Positions 53,970-64,000 of a stretch of DNA of 64,000 bases are shown here, piece by piece (within the stretch, counting starts at the first letter, position 1; every line of letters begins with the position of its first letter). This stretch comes from Balanoglossus misakiensis. Its lineage: Eukaryota; Animalia; Hemichordata. Under the pieces are notes generated by a model. That model was not told the origin of the DNA, searched no databases, and was given only the letters and a program-made list of their open reading frames with translations. The stretch lies in the NCBI GenBank assembly GCA_040954595.2, contig JBECUI020000028.1, positions 305,349 to 369,348 on the forward strand, written 5' to 3'. A program made the position numbers and the translations under genes.

Positions 53970-54644
53970 ATGTGAGAGCTTGGAAATTTCCAAGCACTGA
54001 CAAGGGTCAGTGGTCGGAAATTTCCAGACACTCAGGGAATGTGAGAGCCTGGAAATTTCCAAGCACTGACAAGGGTCAGTGGTCGGAAATTTCCAGACAC
54101 TCAGGGAATGTGAGAGCTTAGAAATTTCCAAGCACTGACAAGGGTCAGTGGTCGGAAATTTCCAGACACTCAGGGAATGTGAGAGCTTAGAAATTTCCAA
54201 GCACTGACAAGGGTCAGTGGTCGGAAATTTCCAGACACTCAGGGAATGTGAGAGCCTGGAAATTTCCAAGCACTGACAAGGGTCAGTGGTCGGAAATTTC
54301 CAGACACTCAGGGAATGTGAGAGCCTGGAAATTTCCAAGCACTGACAAGGGTCAGTGGTCGGAAATTTCCGGACACTCAGGGAATGTGAGAGCTTGGAAA
54401 TTTCCAAGCACTGACAAGGGTCAGTGGTCGGAAATTTCCGGACACTCAGGGAATGTGAGAGCCTGGAAATTTCCAAGCACTGACAAGGGTCAGTGGTCGG
54501 AAATTTCCAGACACTCAGGGAATGTGAGAGCTTAGAAATTTCCAAGCACTGACAAGGGTCAGTGGTCGGAAATTTCCAGACACTCAGGGAATGTGAGAGC
54601 CTTGAAATTTCCAAGCACTGACAGGGTCGTGGTAGTCCCCCGTA
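53970..54644. repeat. 69-bp tandem array (~9.5 units) ending in a possible IS3EU-type terminus
   Basis: Unit GGGAATGTGAGAGCCTGGAAATTTCCAAGCACTGACAAGGGTCAGTGGTCGGAAATTTCCAGACACTCA, followed by ...GTAGTCCCCCGTA. Confidence 0.9.
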
Positions 54645-54695
54645 CAGGTCTGCGTTCTCCCGGAGTTTAATACATGACTTCCACCACATCTCTGC

Positions 54696-55089
54696 AAGGC
54701 TCCATGGACAAAACTGATTCGTCTGAGATCCGGATCCGGACAGCAGCTTTTCGGCCGAGATTCGATTTTATCGGGGGGAATCTTTCCCCCGTCTACCCAC
54801 AAATGACTCCAAATATGATGTAATTAACTTCCGAGCCGCTCGCTTTCTGATTTTCTCTTGTGTTTACCTGTTGAGATCGCCATATTGAATACAGTGAGGT
54901 TATCTCAATGGGTAAACACAAAAGTTTCAGAAAGCGAGCGGTTCGGATGTTAGAAGAAGTCAATCGTGGAGTCGGTTATAACCGGTTAGTAGACAGGGAA
55001 AGGATATTCTCCCGATAAAATCGAATTTCAGCGAAAAGCTCTGGTACGGATCTGGACCGCAGACGCAACAGGTTTGTCTAAGGAGCCTT
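54696..55089. repeat. ~390-bp imperfect palindrome (foldback MITE-like)
   Basis: AAGGCTCC...GGAGCCTT; arms pair throughout, e.g. CCGCTCGCTTTCTGA / TCAGAAAGCGAGCGG and TTCGATTTTATCGGG / CCCGATAAAATCGAA; centre ~54890. Confidence 0.85.
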
Positions 55090-55317
55090 AGCGTCACAAT
55101 GTTCATGACAGGCTTCGCCTACCAACTCCTCTGAGTTAGCCCATACACTAGTTGTTTATTGGGAATTGGTATTGTTTATCTGACATAATTGTTCTTTCTA
55201 CTCTGTATACAAAGTCACAACTTCACAACGTAGGGTTGAAGATATAAACACAGGCGCAGTTCCTCAACAGATCGTTTTCCTAAAGGCCATAATTTGAAAC
55301 ATGATAGAGAAACTCAA

Positions 55318-55767
55318 GATTTCCAAGCACTGACCCTGTCAATGCTTGGAAATTTCCAGGCTCTCACATTCCCCGAGTGTCTGGAAATTTCCGACCACTG
55401 ACCCTGTCAGTGCTTGGAAATTTCTAGGCTCTCACATTCCCTGAGTGTCTGGAAATTTCCGACCACTGACCCTTGTCAGTGCTTGGAAATTTCTAAGCTC
55501 TCACATTCCCTGAGTGTCTGGAAATTTCCGACCACTGACCCTTGTCAGTGCTTGGAAATTTCCAGGCTCTCACATTCCCTGAGTGTCTGGAAATTTCCGA
55601 CCACTGACCCTTGTCAGTGCTTGGAAATTTCCAGGCTCTCACATTCCCTGAGTGTCCGGAAATTTCCGACCACTGACCCTTGTCAGTGCTTGGAAATTTC
55701 CAGGCTCTCACATTCCCTGAGTGTCTGGAAATTTCCGACCACTGACCCTTGTCAGTGCTTGGAAATT
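55318..55767. repeat. Inverted copy of the 69-bp array (~6.5 units)
   Basis: Reverse complement of the unit at 53970-54623. Confidence 0.93.
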
Positions 55768-57003
55768 ATTTCAAATCCCCCCCTTACATACCCTCAATTT
55801 TTTCAAATCCCCCCCCCCTCAATTCTCCTGCCCCCCCCTCCAGAGGTGTTTGTGAATGCAGCCTTACCTATATCAAGTTGTAATCCAGTTACTTTAACCA
55901 AACATTCCATAATTTCTATCGGAGCATGCCAGACACTCCTGTCACAGTACCGTAATTGATACAAAGGCAAACTGTTATATTTACTTTCCTGAGTTAATTT
56001 TCACGAAGTGTAGTAAAATATCTAATTATATGTGCCTCCCACACCATAACACCGTACTTTCTCCGTATGTACACTGTAGCTGCACATGCGCTCTCGGTGG
56101 ATGATAGATGACCTTGGGTCATGTAATCAACACGCGACCTTACGTCAGCTGCCTCCCCAGGGATAAGCCTCACCACTGCCCACATGGTAGCTGGGCAGGA
56201 ACTCTTCGACTCGCGCACTTACCCTATCCCATTCTCGTGTCGACGCTGTACAAACGCAACGCGCATGCGCGAGTTAACCCGGAAGCGTTTGCAGCGTGAT
56301 TCGTACAGTTTTCTCTGCTGGAGCCAATTACTTGAGACTTCTGGCCGTAATCATGAGGAGGAGAAACCAATAGTACAGAAATAGAGTTAAAGGAGTTGAT
56401 GAATTGTCGTTTCGGACGGTTTAACTTGGTTAAGTATAAACGAAATGAGTTTTACCGTATAATGTCGCGATCAGTAACATGGTCAACTGATCGATTTTGA
56501 TATGATGGGTGTTCGTCACAACCCTCATATGATCGTGCGTACAATCCCTTTCTTTTAGTTTTGCATGTGGATAACTGATTTTAACAGTTGGTATGTTTTG
56601 GTCTGATTGATAGACAATAACATCCCAATGTATCTCACTTGACCAGCATATAGACTATCTTCTTTGCATTCAATTGTTTTACTGTCTATCAGACTATCTT
56701 CTTTGCGTTCAATTGTTTTACTGTCTATCAATCAGTTGCCCTACCACCACGACAAGGTACATACCATAGGTAGGGAATGTAGGTGTTCTGTGTGTGCATA
56801 GTGAGTGTGTGTCAATGTTGACATTTAGCAAATATATCACATTGCATGATCGGCATTATTATTACTCGTACTGGTATTTTGTTGATGTCCATTTGTATTT
56901 TACTGCTTTTAAATCCACATTTTTTGCACAACAAGGATATGACAATGGTAATTGCAAGCCACAAGAATCACACTGTCTTGTAATTGTGGCATTGATCATG
57001 AGC

Positions 57004-60000
57004 TTACCTGTCGGTGAAGGACAGAGGTGTTATACTACCAACAGCATTGCTGATATCATTCCCAGTTGTGAGCTGATTGAATTTTGTAAGTAAATGTCTT
57101 GGTTCATCCAGTGAAGTTGTTAATAACACTGCACCCAACTGATGTCCACTCAAGATGTGATAGTGGGAATCAAAGAGAATCAACTGAAAAAAAAGACAAT
57201 GATAGTTCATCTAACTTTGTGTGTACTTTAATACAAGTATATTTTCATGGTTATATCTTATTATTTAGAGTTAGATGTTTTCATATTAAGTGAATCAAGT
57301 GCCATGGTGCCCAAAACTCAAGTTGGATAGCAGTATTATAATTATGTTATTATTTGACTTAATGAAATGCCAAAAATACACAGCAACTGTTTTGTGATAA
57401 TCATTACCTTGTTTTGGTGCCTGTAGAAAACCACACTCTGTCCTCGTGAAATGTATATTGCAGTGTAAATGGTTTCTCGTGAGAACTGTTGTTGTAACTG
57501 ATATACAAGACTTTCTGTTGTGTCGCTGAAATTGTTGTAAACAGGACCTATCTCTTGATTGTATTGTGTAGGAAACCTGCAATGTGCAACTGCCTCTTCA
57601 ACAGTCAAATTAAGTGAAGGGGGAGAGACATGTTGTTCGATATATCTGGAAGTGAAAGAAAAATAATTTGGTAAGTACTGAATAATAATGTTCCAACTAT
57701 GAGTAAAGATCCGCCATACATGTAACTTTGACCTCTGTAGAAACATTTTACTGACACATTTTTTTTTTAAATTTGGCTGGATGATGACTTTACATATACA
57801 TATACATGTACATTGTTTTTACATTATTCATGATTGATAAAGTATCATACACAGGCTTACCTGTCATGGCTTTCATTTCCTGACTTGAGACCTAAATACA
57901 GTAGTGAACTAACTGCATGGGGTAGAGATGTGTGTGTGTTTACCTGGGATGGAATCTGATCCAGGACTGCTCTATTCAAATGGAACAGTCTAGCTATATA
58001 CAAAGCGATTATGGTACATGCATTGCTGCTGCCATGTCTTACACCGGCCTGACTGAAACTGGGTGGAAATACCCAATATAAACAGTTGTGATATGACTGT
58101 GTTTGAGGCATGGATAGAAGCATTGTAAATGATCTACCGGACGAGGATGTAGTGTTGTTTTGTGACTGGTGCTGTGTCTGGCTTTGTCTTTGTATTGGAG
58201 GTTGTTCTCGGTGTGGCTGGTGTTCTTGGTGTCTACTAGTAATAGTATTGTCTGATGAGTTCTCACTGGTTTGTGCATGTAATAGCAAAGGACATGTTAT
58301 TTATGACTTTGTTTGTTGTCTTGGTGTGACCATACTGTTTACAATGTGAACACCGTCTTCTGCTAGCTGCAAATGGTTGAGAAGATGGTTGTGTATTGGT
58401 ACACGTCTGTCTGTCTGGTTGATGGTGTGGTCTTTGAATGTGTATATTTTGAAGTTTTGTGGAGAGGTCAATACCAAACTGGGGTGAAATGTAGTATTGC
58501 CTATCTCTTTGTGTGATGACAGGTGTAACATTACAAGTGGATGTTTCTTCATCTGTGCGCTGTTGTTGTGTTTGCTGTTGTTCATTTGAAACTGTAGGTG
58601 ATGATTGTGTGGGCTGAAGGAGAGAGTCATTGAGGGATTTGACTAGTTTCTGTGCCTGATCCTGAATAAGAGGTGTGCATATTGGACAGCTTGAGTCAGT
58701 TTCAAGATGTGAGGAATGTATAAGATGACGGCATGGTAGGTGAAGGAGATCTGTAGTGTCATTATGTGGGTTGGAACAACCAGGATGGTCACATAATTTG
58801 TGAGGTGCAGGATCATGTGCTACTACATATGAAAGTGGCATTTGCTTGGGTTGAATCTGTGTGTGTAAGGTCTTAAGGTGGTAAGTTGGAGGGCCACGTG
58901 GCAAACCATCACTATCTGTATCCTGTGTTTTCTTGGACTTTCCAATATTGGCTGCTATATCTGTAAACAAGGTGGTCATAGCTTCTGCTGCCTTCCCTGC
59001 CAAGACGGAGTAATCCCTTTTGCTGATCCCTCTCTGGCCTGGTGGTATGAACACGCTGGTTAGCTGTTGTTGGCAACTGTTGCAGCTGAGAGACCGGGCT
59101 GTTTTCTGGATGTCAGAAGCTGATATGTTGGTTCGTTGTGTGTGTCTTCTGAGCTGTGCATGAAACAACTCAACAAGAGCTTCAGTGAAAGCAGTGAGAT
59201 ATGAAGAATAGTGTGATGTTAAAGATGTGAAAGATAGAGAGTGAAATTCTGAATCACTCAAGTATGACAGACATGCCCTGTCGTAATGATGTCGTCCCCA
59301 CTGGATGAAGAAGATGCTGATTCTCTTCATGAGTTGTTGATACAACTTGTAGTTACCAGATCGGAAGACAGCAGCATACAAGAGGAGACAAGCTGGTAGA
59401 ATGTCTTCCAGGGCATGGATGACAAAATCAACCTCTGGATCCTTGCAGTGGTGGAAGGTTTGAAGTACCTGCTCACGGACCAATCTCCAGCCAAGGTAAA
59501 ATGTACACAGCACCAGTTTTGTCTGCCATGGTCTTGGTTTCAAGGGAAGGTCTCTCTGGAACACTGCCTTGTACAATGGAGCATAGATTGCCCAACACAT
59601 CATCACATGGTCTTCATCGATGTTGAGGTTGACATGTAGTGGTCCCTGTCTTGGAATAATATTTGTATTAATCTTACCCTGTGCTTGTAATTTCTTGCTG
59701 AAAAACCACCCAGGCCAATCTGCTATCATAACCACGGCATACTTTGCAGAGTATAATCTGAAAGCAGGAATTTTGTCTAAGATGTGTTGATAACATGTTT
59801 GGTAATTCTCAAGACAGTGGAGAGGCATTTCAAGGAGATCAACAAGATGTGAGTGTTTGAGTGAGTGCATCATCCTGAATTGATATTCTTTGTATAACTT
59901 GAAATGCTCCAACATTTCATCAAATTTGTCTGGTGTGATGTTTGTGTAGTCTGTTGGTAATGAATCCATGATAGTTTGTGTTTGGCTCATGGTCTCTTGT

Positions 60001-62187
60001 ATAGTGTGTGTTATTATGTCAGGATCTACACCACCAATGACACCATTAACTACATTGTGCATTGTTTCATTTATTGGTATGGCAGGGCAACCTGGAATAG
60101 ATATTAGTATTGTAGCAAAGTGGAGAGCAGAAGATGTTTTCATGTCTGTGGGTCGTTTGTGTAATTGTATGTGATGATAATCATCTATGTTAAGGGTGAT
60201 CAACAGTTTCTTCTGTGAGGGAGAAAAAAGATAAAATGTATAATTATTAAGTGGATTTAGAACTTCCAGAAGATGTACATGTATATGTACACACAACACA
60301 AACATGATGTAATACTGATCACTGACATTTCCACTTTCAAGCAGAATACCAATTTTAGATGATGGTTATGTAAAAAAATCAATTTGTATAACTAATTTGC
60401 TAAGAAAATAGATTTTATTCAAACAAAATTTCTACTTACATTGTATGCATCTAACACACGCCTATTTGTTGTTTCAAAGTTTCGGGTGGCAAGATGTTCT
60501 CAAAGCGCTTTATTGTGTTTTGGCTAGCAGAATACCCCATCACACGGCCCAGTACCAACCCTTCCCAAGAGAGTCCATGTTGACGAAGAAACAAGCCACA
60601 GTCCTTTTCCAGTGTGGAACACTTTTGTGATCTGTCTCAAGAAATTTTGCATGATTGGTTAATGTGTACTCCCCACAGCAGTTTTATATAAAAACTGAAA
60701 TAATAACTGAAAATATTTGTAACATACATTTTTAATCTGTCTGAACATGACAAATGGACCATAGAAATTACCTGAAGTAGGAGAGAATGTGTAGTAGCGC
60801 AACAGTTCTTTTTCTTTGCAGATGATATCTCTCTGTTGATAGCCTATTGTCTCTTCTGCAGATTGAATTGAAGATGGCCTGATATAATCCTGGACTGTGT
60901 TCGTTGCAAAATGTCTCCATGGACTCACTGCTATACAATCTTTTGTGGGGATTTGTCTCATAATATTTTAAGAGGGCTTGTTGAAACAACTGTACTGATT
61001 CCGCAAAGTTAAAACCTACCAAGCAAACATATTAAAGGGTGAAGACAAGTTTTCAAAATACCAAATATCTAGCTCTTGACATTGTTATTATTTTTTCACA
61101 TGATTGATACAGTTCAACTCATACCCTGTGTGTAGGGATAATGCAAAAATACTTTCATGTGTTTATTTCTGGTACTGACCAAAATTATGTATTCACAGTA
61201 TTTCTGGTGACTTTAATAAAAATTGATGATATTGGTCTGGTAACCAAAACATGTGTGGTTAACCTAGTTGAATAAAATGGCTATTTACCTTTTGACAACT
61301 TTTTGACGTCTCCCATTATTTTGTCCCAAATGTCCCCCTTTACATGGAAATGGCCATCGGAAAACTGGATGACCCCGTACAGTGTTTGCATAAATGTATC
61401 TTCAGTAACCTGCTGAAAAATATTTAATAAAATATACTGAAAAAACCTGAACATGGACATAATATGAATAATTTAATTACATGTACTCTCTTGTGATGTA
61501 ATATGAATGATTGCATTCTTTTATCAATGGTCAAAGTTATTAACCATGTGATACTTACATTACAGTTGGTCTCATGCTCGTCACAGGTCGAGTCAGGCAA
61601 AGAGTGGTGGAATGGAACTGGAGCTCCTCCCTTTTTGTGCAAATGAAAATGAAAAGTTATTCTAGATTTCTAGTAACCATGATTTTGTATTGCTGGCCAG
61701 TATCCATTCATTTGCCAGTTAAATTTTCATATTTTGAACAGATAAAATTAAAAATCGTACTACCTTTGTGTTACGTGATTTAGATTTTCAGCAAACTCTA
61801 ATCAAACATGATATATAATGGTGATTTTTTTCTCAATGATGTTGAATTTTATCAGAAAAGTCACATACAAGATTCCCTCACCTGATGTTCAACTCTTTGC
61901 AAACAAGTATGGCAGATCATGCTTCCTACAGTGTTCAGACCTTTCTGCCGTAATTCAACCAAAACCTGCATTGGGCATGATCTTAATGACCTCGAATGAC
62001 CAGTTGTTGATGGATATATGCAGGTCTTGATTCGGCGGCTCTTATCATAGTGAAGTCTGCATAAAAATTCCCCCTCCCCCACTGCAGCAAACAATGCATG
62101 TCTACCATAGACTCGACGGCGCTCACCACTACATAAATCTTGGTATTGAGACCGTGTACGTGGTGACAAAGCGCATATCATCGCCAT
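57004..62187 (-). pseudogene. Academ-like DDE transposase fused to zinc-finger modules and a C76-like cysteine peptidase; 8 exons, 2 frameshifts
   Basis: Exons 62187-61882, 61630-61559, 61409-61289, 61015-60772, 60631-60440, 60212-57861, 57645-57408 and 57183-57004 with GT-AG sites. Motifs LNIDDYH, IADWPG...GPLHVNLN, VELFH; CDHPGC...CRH...CPIC; CSHC..GH..CP; FSQ...SNACTIIA and LFDSH...GAVL. Frameshifts at ~60498 and ~58300. Superfamily call is tentative. Confidence 0.68.
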
Positions 62188-62233
62188 CGTCAGGTTTGGC
62201 GTAGTACTGACTGGCTTCCTTATGAGTGAATGA

Positions 62234-62449
62234 TTTCAAATTTCCAACTTATAGCCATCATGTTGCTAAGGACGCCGTCATGGTTAGTTCAAAATTCGCG
62301 CCACGCTGTTGTTATGTTAATTACATCAGCAAACGTGTTAATTTCGCATTTCAAATTTCAAATTTCCAACTTATAGCAATCAAGTTGCTAAGGACGCCGT
62401 CATGGTTAGTTCAAAATTCGCGCCCCGCTATGTTAATTACATCAGTAAA
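62234..62449 (+). repeat. Two ~110-bp direct repeats immediately upstream of the Academ-like gene
   Basis: TTTCAAATTTCCAACTTATAGC...GTTGCTAAGGACGCCGTCATGGTTAGTTCAAAATTCGCGCC occurs twice. Confidence 0.85.
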
Positions 62450-64000
62450 CGTGCGAATTTCGCGGCAAGACTGACTTCCGCATCAAAACACGCTCAAAAT
62501 CATTCTAGTTCTACGTCCACGGTGTTACAGAAACAACATTTTGTTGTTATTTTGTATAGCTGTGTAGTAATTTAATATTATTAATAGCATTATCTGCTAA
62601 TTTCACGTTCAGGTGGTTGCATCATCGGGGACGATGGCCTTGTGCAGTGTCTTGAATCTCGTCTGTACTAATAACCATGCCAAACTTTCGCTAAAGAAGG
62701 CATGACCAACTTCGGAAGCTTGGAAACATACTCGGGCAAGCGAAGTTTTTTCCGGGCAAAAGTATGGCTTTGAGTCAATTACTAAGCTTCAATTTGGAAA
62801 AGTTTTAGAACCAGCAACTTTAATTTGAAACCAGCAACTCCTTAAAACTGAGGATACGTCACTGAAAAAATGAAGGCTCCAAAACGGAGGGACAAATGTG
62901 CGTGATTTATTCCTTGCAGAAAATGACTCAAAATAAACTATAAAATGCATTTAGAATGTTGTTGTTCGTGTACATTAATCCCTGTGTAGTTTTTACTTCG
63001 GAAAGATCGACGGTTGAGTAACCCAAGCACCTCCATTTTTGTTGATGCGCGCAGGAATCAAAGTCTCGACCACCCCTCCAGTGATAATCGACGAACTATT
63101 GTCAAAGAATGCGCACAACTATGCGCAATGCATTTGTACAGCGTCGAATTCTCGTGTACGTTAAGGCGTGGGCGCCCTCTATCGACAGACTGAATACGTT
63201 AATCGAGCATAATAAACAATTGTAACCACACCAGCCAATCAGTTGATGTAATTCATGTTCAAGACAAGCAAATAAAATGAGACATTTCCGAGAAAACCTC
63301 CAAAACTATTATCATGTGACAAATAGTGGCATTTTGGGGGTCGAAAATGATATTCTTAAAAGAAGGCCAAAAATCCACCGCTAGATGCTCACAATCCCAT
63401 TATTATTTTTTAGTTTCACCTTATGACCCGTCAACTTTCTCTGATAGGACTCATACTGTAGTGTATTTCGCTGCCATAATATTTTGACGATGTAGATTAT
63501 CGACTACCCATTGACCGGCAGCCAAAATTCCAACATTTATAGGGTTATGCTGAATCATTAACTACGTTTTCAAACACAGTATCGTAATCTTGAAATGGGC
63601 GAACATGTTAACCTTCGATTACGACCAGAGGTGTCAGAAAATAAAGCTGTTTAGCGGTGGATTTTTCGTATTTTCCGCCTCGTAAATTATCCTTACCCTG
63701 GGACGCTCGTCCAGGGGTGCCATTACGTAATGCCTTAGTTGGCGTGATGCATTGTGGGTAAAATCAGCTGATCGTATACGCGTATCCTAGCAACTGACAT
63801 GGACGCTACCATTAGCGCCCGCCCGCGTTCAAGATCATTTTAGTGTCGCTACAGTTCAGAAAATCGGGAACATACATAATTCCCAATCAGTTTGGGATGA
63901 TTTTTAGCCACAAGTAGTAATTACTGTCACTCATTCACTTATTTAACAAGCCATGACAACATTATATGAGGGAAATAAACCTTTATTTCAACTTCAATCT

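Noticed and set aside
51887-55959. 397-, 257- and 181-aa repetitive ORFs
   Set aside because: Translations of the 180-bp and 69-bp arrays; no domain or gene structure.
56371-62670. TAGTACAGA / TCTGTACTA as TIRs of the Academ-like element
   Set aside because: Only 9 bp match clearly and no convincing TSD; element boundaries remain unresolved.

Overview
AT-rich, intron-containing animal DNA (inferred marine invertebrate) that is almost entirely a cluster of transposable elements, with no intact host gene recognisable. From left to right: a 5'-disrupted Tx1/L1-type LINE; three exons of a kynurenine formamidase (AFMID-like) gene fragment; a four-level nest of non-autonomous elements; a decayed tyrosine recombinase gene; and a complete 10.8-kb EnSpm/CACTA element whose transposase is disabled but whose 7-exon BEN-domain partner gene is intact. 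Next comes a complete, apparently intact 8.26-kb IS3EU-type DNA transposon (6-bp TSD) carrying a HECT E3 ubiquitin ligase gene. It is followed by 180-bp and 69-bp tandem arrays, and by a frameshifted 8-exon Academ-like transposase fused to a herpesvirus-tegument-type (C76-like) cysteine peptidase/deubiquitinase domain. Best candidates for new biology are transposons carrying ubiquitin writer and eraser enzymes, and transposase introns able to fold into long dsRNA. All family assignments come from motif recognition by eye; no database search was run.
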